NCBI GenBank assembly: GCA_002952755.1 | Contig: CP025011.1 | Span: forward strand, 1,170,001 to 1,202,000 | DNA length: 32,000 nt | Origin: Candidatus Saccharimonadota bacterium | GTDB taxonomy: Bacteria; Patescibacteriota; Saccharimonadia; Saccharimonadales; UBA4665 | Reading direction: 5' to 3' | In this document: positions 14,330 to 21,773 of the stretch, piece by piece | Position numbering within the stretch: position 1 is the stretch's first letter | Layout of the letters: the number at the start of each line of letters is the position of its first letter | The notes under the pieces: model-generated | Databases searched by the model: none | Seen by the model: the letters and a program-made list of their open reading frames with translations, nothing else | Told to the model about the DNA's origin: nothing | Program-made: the position numbers and the translations under genes

Positions 14330-15376
14330 CTACACATACCTCCCAATAAGAAATACAATGAGCCCAAGCACGCCCGCAACTTGGCCAATAATCCAAAAAC
14401 GCATAGTAACTTTGGTCGCTGGCCAACCACTAGCCTCAAAGTGGTGATGAATCGGCGCAATCTTGAAGATCTTTTTGCCGCCCCTTAGCTTCTTAGAGGA
14501 AATCTGCAGCGCACTTGAGCCAGCTTCGACCACAAACACGAAACCAATAACCGGCAGGAGCAATACTGTGTCGGTGATCATCGCTACTACACCAAGTGCT
14601 GTCCCGAGTGAGAACGAACCGATATCGCCCATCAGGAAGCGTGCGGGAGGGATGTTAAACCAAGTGTAACTGAGCAGCGCACCGACCATCGTCAGACAAA
14701 AGCCAGCTACCGCAAAACGTCCCTCAAGTACCGCAATGAGCGCATAGATTGCGAACGCCGTAGAAGTAAGCCCGCCAGCTAAACCGTCCTCTCCGTCGCT
14801 AATATTCACGGCATTAGCTGTAGACACTACAGCCGCCACAAATAACGGAATAATCCAGGCACCAATCATCCATTCGCCGTGTACCATAGGTACATGAATA
14901 CCATGCACATCAAGCTTAAAATAGAAGTAGAGGCCACCAAGCGTCGCGACAAGCGTGGTAAGTAGTAGCTTAATCTTGCTGCGCAAACCGGCAATACCAC
15001 CACCTGTTCCGCGGACATTAATGATATCATCGAGCAGTCCCACGCACCCTGCACTAATAAAGGCGGCTAGAGGCAGCCAAGTTCCGGAACGACTCAAGTT
15101 AAAACACAAGGTTACAAGCGATACCGCCACCACGAATACCATACCTGCCATAGTCGGGCGCAGACGTTTTGGCTTGGCATCGTGCAGTTGCATAAGTACG
15201 GTTGCTGGCTTGCCTGTGGCGTCGAGCGTGCGGGGCTTTTTCCACCACTTTCGTCTATATGCAATGGTGGTGTAGATCGGCGTAAGCAAGGTGCTTACTA
15301 AAAAACCTAGGAAACCTAAAAGCAGCACTCGAATTAAGGTGTCTGTTTGTACAGATAGGTACAATGTTGTATGCAT
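14330..15376 (-). CDS. mraY: Phospho-N-acetylmuramoyl-pentapeptide transferase
   Basis: Motifs NAVNISDGEDGLAGG, MGDIGSFSLG and APIHHHFE. Multi-TM protein. AAGGGA lies 6 nt upstream of the ATG. Confidence 0.95.
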   Translation of the reverse strand: MHTTLYLSVQTDTLIRVLLLGFLGFLVSTLLTPIYTTIAYRRKWWKKPRTLDATGKPATVLMQLHDAKPKRLRPTMAGMVFVVAVSLVTLCFNLSRSGTWLPLAAFISAGCVGLLDDIINVRGTGGGIAGLRSKIKLLLTTLVATLGGLYFYFKLDVHGIHVPMVHGEWMIGAWIIPLFVAAVVSTANAVNISDGEDGLAGGLTSTAFAIYALIAVLEGRFAVAGFCLTMVGALLSYTWFNIPPARFLMGDIGSFSLGTALGVVAMITDTVLLLPVIGFVFVVEAGSSALQISSKKLRGGKKIFKIAPIHHHFEASGWPATKVTMRFWIIGQVAGVLGLIVFLIGRYV

Positions 15377-15405
15377 GATTATCCCTTATTGTTAGCCTTA
15401 GTATA

Positions 15406-17178
15406 TCACTGACCCTTTGGCGGTACGCCAAAATTATCGATAAGGGTGTGTCCTAGGCTGGCAAATATCGGCTGCGCTGCGCCCGTGCCTGCATACCCTC
15501 CGTTTTTCGGATCATTTACTCTAACCATGATAACATAATCAGGCTTATCGCCGCCCACGAACCCTAAGTAGGTACCATTGAAATCATTTTCGAGATATCC
15601 GCCACCTGGCTTGGCAATCTGCGCAGTACCAGTCTTGCCGCCTACCATATATAAGCTTTGATTAAATGGCGGCGTGAGGTAGTGATGGTTCACGACATAT
15701 TCGAGTAAGCCTTGCATCTCCTGGCTCACCTGCGACGAAACAACATCCGACTTCAGTACTTTGGGCTGCATAACTGTTGTTTTGCCTGACGCGTCAGTTA
15801 GTTGATCAACGAGATGCGGCTGGTAGTACGTGCCCCCATTTATGATTGAGGCAAATGCCGCCGCCATCTGCAGTGGTGTAGCCGTCATCCCCTGCCCGAA
15901 TGCGGTGTTGGCGTAGGTAAGATTGCGTGCGTAGCCGTTATCCGGGTCTGGGATAGTGCCACTGGCTTCATAGCCCTGCTCTATACCTGTCGGCTGGCCA
16001 AAACGAAAATGATTCGCCATGTAATCGTGCCATGCGTCACGACCTTTCTTATTGATCATGGTGCCTCCCGGCTGGCTCATCTGCATCAATTCCCAAGTTG
16101 CTCCGGTATTAAGTGACAGGTTTAATAGATCAGCGATGCTCTTTACGCCAGGCCCACCGTCTTCTTCGATATTAGTAATGTTGAAGCCGTCCACTTCCCA
16201 GTGTGCCGGATCGTTATAGGTTTGATCGGCCTTAATTACTCCCTGGTCCAGCGCTGCGGCAGTCGTGAGTGGTTTCATAATAGAGCCGACTTCCAGTGGC
16301 GACGTTACTGCAGCATTAGAAAAGACCGATGGATCGCTCACATCTGTAAAATTTGATGGATCAAAAGTTGGCCAATTAGCCATAGCTTTAATAGCACCAG
16401 TGTTGGGGTCTAAAATCAGCGCACTGCCGGAATCAGATTTATCGTTCTTCAGTCCTGCCTGCAGCACACTTTCCAGCTGGCGCTGCATAGCCATATCAAT
16501 CGTGAGAACAACGCTATCGCCTGGTTTGGGAGCAATCTGCACATTACCGGTATTGGCCGCCAGTGGCACCCCGTTGATATCGGTTACTGCTTTTAACTCC
16601 CCGGGGGTACCGCTCAGGTCCTTATTGAGTGCTTGCTCTAGGCCATATACTCCTATGCCGTCATTATTCACAAAGCCTAGCACCTGCGAGGCGAGCGACC
16701 CATCTGGATAGGTACGATAGGTCATCTCCTGGGCGCCAATGCCTGCATATTTGTGACGCAAGATAGTGTCTTTGGTGCCGGCTGACAGTTTCTGCGCAAG
16801 CACCACATACCGGGTATGCGACGTACCCAATCGACGTCTATAATCCTCAATTTTACCACCAAGCGTTGCCGCCAGCGTTTCAGCTACCTGGTCAGGTTTT
16901 TTGACAAGCGTAGGATCGGCAAATAGCGTGTACAACTTCTGGTTGAGCACAATTGGCACAACCGTTCCACCACTATGAGCCTCAATGAGTCCACGCGAGG
17001 CCGGAATCTCATACTCTTTGAGCTGATCGCTAAGCGCTGCCTTACGATAATAGTCATAATGAATAACTTGCAGATAAAAGGCCCGAACCCAAAAAATACC
17101 GATAACAACTGTTACCAGCGTAAAAACCCACCGTGCGCGCCGAATGGCCTGCTGCGGACGAGCCTGCATGCTATCCAT
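15406..17178 (-). CDS. ftsI: Class B penicillin-binding protein (FtsI/PBP2-type transpeptidase)
   Basis: N-terminal TM anchor. SxxK (GSIMKP), SxN (LSLNTG) and KTG (GGKTGTAQ) motifs in the correct order. Located at the dcw position after ftsL. Confidence 0.9.
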   Translation of the reverse strand: MDSMQARPQQAIRRARWVFTLVTVVIGIFWVRAFYLQVIHYDYYRKAALSDQLKEYEIPASRGLIEAHSGGTVVPIVLNQKLYTLFADPTLVKKPDQVAETLAATLGGKIEDYRRRLGTSHTRYVVLAQKLSAGTKDTILRHKYAGIGAQEMTYRTYPDGSLASQVLGFVNNDGIGVYGLEQALNKDLSGTPGELKAVTDINGVPLAANTGNVQIAPKPGDSVVLTIDMAMQRQLESVLQAGLKNDKSDSGSALILDPNTGAIKAMANWPTFDPSNFTDVSDPSVFSNAAVTSPLEVGSIMKPLTTAAALDQGVIKADQTYNDPAHWEVDGFNITNIEEDGGPGVKSIADLLNLSLNTGATWELMQMSQPGGTMINKKGRDAWHDYMANHFRFGQPTGIEQGYEASGTIPDPDNGYARNLTYANTAFGQGMTATPLQMAAAFASIINGGTYYQPHLVDQLTDASGKTTVMQPKVLKSDVVSSQVSQEMQGLLEYVVNHHYLTPPFNQSLYMVGGKTGTAQIAKPGGGYLENDFNGTYLGFVGGDKPDYVIMVRVNDPKNGGYAGTGAAQPIFASLGHTLIDNFGVPPKGQ

Positions 17179-17187
17179 TATATGCTA

Positions 17188-17538
17188 CTATTGCCGAACA
17201 GTACTCGTAGGGGCAACCGAAACGAGACCTTTTGCGACATCGCTGTTTTGGATACGATCAACCGCTTGCAAGCGTGCCGAAGCTACTTGCAAGTCGTCCC
17301 GCTCAGCTATCAGCGTCGCTTGCTGCTGCTGTAAACTGCTAATTTTATAGCCGTAGGCATTCGTTTTCGTTACCTGTGTGAGATACATCAAACCGAGTAG
17401 GAGCGCGAGCACAATTAAAATGATCGTGTTGCTAACCGGCCCGAAGGCATGCTCTTGAGTGCGAAAAGGTGTGACGTTTTGATTGCGCGCGGCAAAAACG
17501 TTCTTGCGGCCTAAGGCCAATGAGCTTGAATATGTCAT
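17188..17538 (-). CDS. ftsL: Cell division protein FtsL-like (small bitopic protein with coiled coil)
   Basis: Single TM segment IILIVLALLLGLMYL, followed by the heptad-like ISSLQQQQATLIAERDDLQVASARLQ. It lies between rsmH and ftsI. The start is placed at the ATG at 17538. The ORF-track TTG start at 17610 would make a 10-bp hairpin coding. Confidence 0.55.
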   Translation of the reverse strand: MTYSSSLALGRKNVFAARNQNVTPFRTQEHAFGPVSNTIILIVLALLLGLMYLTQVTKTNAYGYKISSLQQQQATLIAERDDLQVASARLQAVDRIQNSDVAKGLVSVAPTSTVRQ

Positions 17539-17566
17539 AATGTTTGTTTTTGTTTTAGTGGCCGTC

Positions 17567-17593
17567 AGGAGCGAGCGTTTATAGCTCGCTCCT
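17567..17593 (-). other. Perfect 10-bp hairpin in the rsmH-ftsL spacer
   Basis: aggagcgagc (17567-17576), a 7-nt loop, then gctcgctcct (17584-17593), flanked by ggcc/ggcc. The T-run lies on the + (antisense) side only. Confidence 0.5.
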
Positions 17594-17712
17594 TTGGCCG
17601 GTTTTTGCAACTAAACTCTCAGTTGAGGTCTTTCGACCCGAACCGTGATTTTTGTTGCCCGGTGGCTTTCGTCAGTTATAACAACTGGCATAGGTGCCCC
17701 CTTCTTTTTTGG

Positions 17713-18606
17713 TTATTTTTGTTTCAATGCGGCGCGGAGCTTGGCACTCCTTGCTCGCGGATTAAAAACAATTTCAGATTCGTCGCCGACCACTGGATGC
17801 TTGGTAAGAATCCTGAGAGTTGCATCGTAGCGATCGCCGCCCGCTTGCGCAAATGCCTGTTTGACCATGCGGTCTTCGAGACTATGGAAGCTGATAATGG
17901 CGAGCCGTCCTCCAGGTGCGAGCAGCGTGTCGATCCATATGGGCAAACTTGCCTCTAACAAACCGAGTTCATTGTTCACCGCGACGCGTAACGCTTGGAA
18001 CGTTCGCGTCGCAGGGTGAACTTTGCTGTGCCCTGGCCAGGCTTTGGCAACGAGAGTGGCGAGCTCTTTCGTGGATTTTAAGGGACGCTCCTGCACAATG
18101 AGTGCTGCGATCGTCCGAGCTTTGGGCTCCTCGCCATAACGTCTTAAAATATCCGCGAGCGCCGCTTCGGAATAGCTATTGAGCACTATTTCCGCTGTAA
18201 GCTCTTGCGTGGTATCCATGCGCATGTCGAGTGGACCATCTTTGCTGATGGAAAATCCGCGACTCGCCTGATTAAGGTGCGGTGACGAAACGCCCAAGTC
18301 GGCCAAAATCATGTCGAACTGCTTTCCTTCTTCAGCCAGTTTTTTGCTTGCCGAATAAAAGTCTGCGTGCCTTATGTCCACTCCATATTCACCGAATCGA
18401 TCCCGTAGGCTTTTTACGGCTGCCGGGTCTCTATCGATGAGCACGGTATGTTTTGGGGCTTTCGTACGTTCTAGTACCGCGCTTGCATGCCCTCCGTATC
18501 CGCCGGTTAGGTCGAGGTAGCTATCCCCACCCTTCGGGTCTAAATACGTCAGTGTTTGCTCAAGCAATACTGGAATATGTTCGGATGTTTTACTTCCTTG
18601 GTGCAT
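17713..18606 (-). CDS. rsmH: 16S rRNA (cytosine1402-N4)-methyltransferase
   Basis: HIPVLL N-terminus, SAM-binding DLTGGYGGHA, DLGVSSPHL, and FHSLEDR near the C-terminus. Located at the dcw position after mraZ. Confidence 0.95.
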   Translation of the reverse strand: MHQGSKTSEHIPVLLEQTLTYLDPKGGDSYLDLTGGYGGHASAVLERTKAPKHTVLIDRDPAAVKSLRDRFGEYGVDIRHADFYSASKKLAEEGKQFDMILADLGVSSPHLNQASRGFSISKDGPLDMRMDTTQELTAEIVLNSYSEAALADILRRYGEEPKARTIAALIVQERPLKSTKELATLVAKAWPGHSKVHPATRTFQALRVAVNNELGLLEASLPIWIDTLLAPGGRLAIISFHSLEDRMVKQAFAQAGGDRYDATLRILTKHPVVGDESEIVFNPRARSAKLRAALKQK

Positions 18607-18621
18607 CCTTGCTAACTATAC

Positions 18622-18702
18622 ACTTTTTTGTTTTGGTGTTTTTGTTTTTGCAAGATCACCTAATCAGCAGCCAACTTTTTGTTTTGTACGTTTTTGTTTT
18701 TG
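18622..18702 (-). repeat. Two ~29-nt C/A-rich direct repeats in the rsmH leader
   Basis: On the minus strand, CAAAAACAAAAACGTACAAAACAAAAAGT (18702-18674) and CAAAAACAAAAACACCAAAACAAAAAAGT (18650-18622). They are spaced 52 nt start to start and are roughly 85-90% identical. Confidence 0.75.
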
Positions 18703-18974
18703 TGGTGAACAAGCACTGGATCGGTCTAGAAGTTATTTTTGTGATTTTAGAAAATCAGCGAGCTTCTTGACTCTGGTGTCTGTTCGTAAGTTGAGAGACT
18801 TATGTGTGAGGTGGAGTTTTGGGAGGTGTTCTTTCGAACAAAGGTACCAGGGTTTTTAAAAAGTGGTGCCCTATTGCCACTTGTTGACTGCCGAATAGCT
18901 GATCTCGCAGTGTCTTAATATAGCGAATTACGAATAACTTTAAATTGTTAAAGTGCTGCAAATCAACCGGAAAT

Positions 18975-19340
18975 TTATGCAGTGCCAGCCATAAGCCGCC
19001 AATACTTTCCGACACGTACTGCCACGATGTCCTTATCGATTCCCGCGTACTCCAGCAAATGCTGCTCAAGAGTTATTCGCCCCTGCTTCGCATCACACTC
19101 GCCTTCTGTTTTGCCCATCCGGAACTGCACGTTGAGATCGGCTGTCTGCTCGTCTAGGATATTCCCTTTGAGAAGCGGCTCGACATCATCGTCCCAAACC
19201 GATTTGGGGTACAGATGGAGATACTTTTGGAACCCTCGGGTAAGAACTACCCCGCTGGCAAATTCGGCGCGCAGTTCGGTCGGTATTGTCAACCGCCGTT
19301 TGTCGTCGAGTTTGCGTTGGAAGTAATCTACCGTGGCCAT
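18975..19340 (-). CDS. mraZ: Transcriptional regulator MraZ (short form, 121 aa)
   Basis: Two SpoVT/AbrB-type half-domains carry the DxxxR-type motifs LDDKRRLTIP and DAKQGRITLEQ. It is the first gene of the dcw cluster, and cognate GTGGG repeats lie upstream. Confidence 0.88.
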   Translation of the reverse strand: MATVDYFQRKLDDKRRLTIPTELRAEFASGVVLTRGFQKYLHLYPKSVWDDDVEPLLKGNILDEQTADLNVQFRMGKTEGECDAKQGRITLEQHLLEYAGIDKDIVAVRVGKYWRLMAGTA

Positions 19341-19409
19341 TAGTACTCGTTTAGGTTAATTAATTTGCTAGTGGTTTTTGTTTTATGTGACCCTGGGTAG
19401 TCTATTTTG

Positions 19410-19460
19410 GATTACCCACGATTACCCACTGAGCTGATCATACTACCCACTACTACCCAC
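19410..19460 (-). promoter_or_regulatory. MraZ operator: four phased GTGGGTA boxes
   Basis: On the minus strand, GTGGGTAGTA occurs twice in tandem (19460-19441) and GTGGGTAATC twice in tandem (19429-19410). Box spacing is 10, 21 and 10 nt. One further TGGGTAG lies in the opposite orientation at 19394-19400. Confidence 0.7.
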
Positions 19461-19466
19461 ATACAA
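19437..19466 (-). promoter_or_regulatory. Candidate Pmra promoter of the dcw cluster
   Basis: On the minus strand, TTGTAT (19466-19461), then an 18-nt spacer made entirely of two MraZ boxes, then TATGAT (19442-19437). This predicts a ~90-nt leader. Confidence 0.55.
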
Positions 19467-19502
19467 GTGGTTTTCGGTTAAAATAGGACGAAAATATAAA
19501 AG

Positions 19503-19540
19503 TTATCCACAGCTTTGCCACCTTCGCTAAGTTATCCACA
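19503..19540 (+). promoter_or_regulatory. Two perfect consensus DnaA boxes
   Basis: TTATCCACA occurs at 19503-19511 and 19532-19540. Each lies within an identical 12-mer, aagttatccaca. They share orientation, are 29 nt apart, and lie about 40-75 nt upstream of the candidate Pmra -35. Confidence 0.6.
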
Positions 19541-19577
19541 ATATATGGTGTTAGTCATATTTTTTGACACGCTAAGC

Positions 19578-19835
19578 CTATTTTCCTGAGACAGTTGGGA
19601 GGCGCGCCGCAATATCAAATGTAATCGGGACGCGGGTGGTCTCCTCACGCATATACTGCCCTACCAGCCCAAAGCCTTGGGCATAAGCCTGGCGCATCAC
19701 ACCGAACAACTTGCCGTCGGTCCGAATCAGAGCGAACCCTAAAAAGCCCAGCATAAAGATCAGGTAATACTGATGTCGGAAGAAATATTCTAGCTTCAGA
19801 TGAAACGGTTTCTTATGTGGTATGTTTGTTTTCAT
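19578..19835 (-). CDS. Small hypothetical membrane protein (85 aa, one TM segment)
   Basis: The ATG at 19835 lies 13 nt after the -10 of a strong promoter. The ORF-track ATG at 19853 lies inside that -10 box. The hydrophobic segment is YYLIFMLGFLGFALI. Confidence 0.5.
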   Translation of the reverse strand: MKTNIPHKKPFHLKLEYFFRHQYYLIFMLGFLGFALIRTDGKLFGVMRQAYAQGFGLVGQYMREETTRVPITFDIAARLPTVSGK

Positions 19836-19848
19836 GGTAGACAAACAT

Positions 19849-19877
19849 ATCATACCAAGGCATTAGCATTTTGTCAA
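19849..19877 (-). promoter_or_regulatory. Sigma-70-type promoter for the 85-aa gene
   Basis: On the minus strand, TTGACA (19877-19872), a 17-nt spacer, then TATGAT (19854-19849). Confidence 0.6.
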
Positions 19878-19891
19878 TTATATGTCATGCA

Positions 19892-20914
19892 CTAAGTTTT
19901 AGATGCGGTGCCGACGAGTTCCATAATCGCATCCGCTAGTGCCTTGCTATCGTGGCGAATAAATGAGCGACTTGCCGCCAAGAGGTCACCCTTCTGTGAG
20001 GCAGCGGCTTCTGAAGCAATGAGCTTACGCCCGAAAGCTCTATAATGGGCCTGCGCTAATTCGCTTTGCCGCACAGGCACCATGAGCTCGCCGACTTGGG
20101 CATACTTGTCTAATAATGTCTTGGGGGGTCTTGCGTCGTTGTATAGGACCGTATCTAGCACTGGGCCGCCAGCGAAACGCTCAATCTCGGCAGCGTGATC
20201 GGCAACCGAGAAATCAGTTGTTTGCCCCGGCTTCACCACTAAATTGCATACATATACGACGGTCGCTTTGGTCTCTTGTAATGCTTCGGCAACTCCATCA
20301 ACAACGAGTAATGCCCCCAGCGAAGTGTAGATATCGCCAGGCGCAATCACAACCACATCTGCACGGGCAATCGCCTCGGTGGCGGCTGGATTGATATGCG
20401 CAGCCGGCTCGAGAAACAGCTCTGGATTTTTGAGACCGTGTCCAAATTCCATAACATCGATCTTGCCCTCGCCGTGCACCACTATCTTATGATTATCCCA
20501 GGCAATACTGAGTCTGGAATTATCTAGCGTAATGGGCACCACATTTCCCTTGCTGCGGAGCACCTTGCCGGCAATGCGCACCGACTCATTAAAATCGTGT
20601 GTCATTCTCTCGACCGTACTTAGAAACAGATTGCCAAACGAATGCCCTGCCAGTGGCCCATCTTCATAGCGGTAATTAAAAAGCTCGCGTAATTCCTGAG
20701 GTGCATCGCTTAACGCCACTAAACATTTGCGCACATCGCCGGGTGGCAGTACGCCAAAATCATCACGCAATTGGCCGCTTGAGCCGCCATCATCGGCCAT
20801 GTTCACGAGCGCCGTTAATAAAATGGGTTGTTCTTTTAGGCCGCTGAGCACCGAAAAACTCCCAGTGCCGCCACCGATAACAACTACCCGAGGTAAGGAA
20901 GTAGCCGTGTCCAT
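19892..20914 (-). CDS. YvcK/CofD-family protein (gluconeogenesis factor / UPF0052)
   Basis: N-terminal VVVIGGGTGSFSVLSGLK dinucleotide-type loop, then ADDGGSSG and GPGDIYTS-like (APGDIYTSL) motifs characteristic of the YvcK/CofD family. Confidence 0.85.
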   Translation of the reverse strand: MDTATSLPRVVVIGGGTGSFSVLSGLKEQPILLTALVNMADDGGSSGQLRDDFGVLPPGDVRKCLVALSDAPQELRELFNYRYEDGPLAGHSFGNLFLSTVERMTHDFNESVRIAGKVLRSKGNVVPITLDNSRLSIAWDNHKIVVHGEGKIDVMEFGHGLKNPELFLEPAAHINPAATEAIARADVVVIAPGDIYTSLGALLVVDGVAEALQETKATVVYVCNLVVKPGQTTDFSVADHAAEIERFAGGPVLDTVLYNDARPPKTLLDKYAQVGELMVPVRQSELAQAHYRAFGRKLIASEAAASQKGDLLAASRSFIRHDSKALADAIMELVGTASKT

Positions 20915-20998
20915 ACGCTTAGCATACCCTAGTTACCCTCAACTCCATAAGAGATCGGTGGTAGGCCCCAGGTAACATCTGATACACTGGGTAGCATT

Positions 20999-21667
20999 AT
21001 GCCGGGAGCGAGGCGGATCCATCAGATACCAGCAGCCGATAGGCCCAGGGAAAAGTTGCAGCGCAAAGGCGCGGCTACGCTTTCCGACTTCGAGCTATGG
21101 GAAGTGCTTGTTGGTATTGGAAGTATGGGCGCGGCCGTTGGATCAATTGCCAAACAGCTGCAGAAACTGCTACAAAAAGGGCCGGACGCGATTACCTACG
21201 AAGCCCTCATTGCCATCAAGGGAATAAATATCGCGACTGCCGGTAAGATTCTTGCTTCACTCGAGTTAGCCCGCCGTCATTTAGTGAGAGATATTCAACC
21301 CTTACGCACCCAGCAAGACATCCTAGCTCGTCTGCACGATATCCGCACAAAAAAACAAGAATATTTTGTGTGCTTGTCACTCGATGGTGGGCAGCGACTC
21401 ATCTCACAGCGCACGATTACCATCGGCACCTTAGATGCTGTACAAGCGCATCCGCGTGAAGTATTTGCCGACGCTATCGCCGATCGTGCTGCTACGATCC
21501 TTGTCGCCCATAACCACCCCTCGGGCGATCCGCAACCGAGCCGTCAAGATATCACTCTCACCCAGCAGCTCCACGCCAGCGGTCAGTTGCTGGGCATTCC
21601 CTTGCAAGACCACCTTATTCTGACTAAAACCGAACATTTTAGCTGCCGCCAGCACCACCTACTTTAG
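20999..21667 (+). CDS. radC: RadC-like JAB-domain protein
   Basis: N-terminal RPREKL...LSDFELWEVL helix-hairpin-helix region. JAMM-type motif HNHPSGDPQPSRQDITLT near the C-terminus. Confidence 0.88.
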   Translation: MPGARRIHQIPAADRPREKLQRKGAATLSDFELWEVLVGIGSMGAAVGSIAKQLQKLLQKGPDAITYEALIAIKGINIATAGKILASLELARRHLVRDIQPLRTQQDILARLHDIRTKKQEYFVCLSLDGGQRLISQRTITIGTLDAVQAHPREVFADAIADRAATILVAHNHPSGDPQPSRQDITLTQQLHASGQLLGIPLQDHLILTKTEHFSCRQHHLL

Positions 21668-21773
21668 ATCAAAAATGTAATTTTTACATACCCTACCTCT
21701 GTTATGAAGGGATATTGCATACTAGGTAACCTATGATATGATTGCGCCCAGCGTAATAGGTGGAGTGAGTGGG

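Noticed and set aside
18800-19069. 89-aa minus-strand ORF spanning the mraZ 3' end and the mraZ-rsmH spacer
   Set aside because: It overlaps mraZ out of frame, has no start-site signals, and gives an unremarkable translation. It is most likely a chance ORF.
19410-19460. Tandem 10-mers as a CRISPR array or VNTR
   Set aside because: The repeats are only 10 nt long, with two copies each, no spacers of CRISPR size, and no cas genes. Their position and GTGGG core fit an MraZ operator.
20915-20998. TACCCT/TGGGTAG sequences in the yvcK-radC divergent region as additional MraZ boxes
   Set aside because: The hexamers are isolated, lack the 10-nt phasing and the full GTGGGTA core, and are too few to distinguish from chance.
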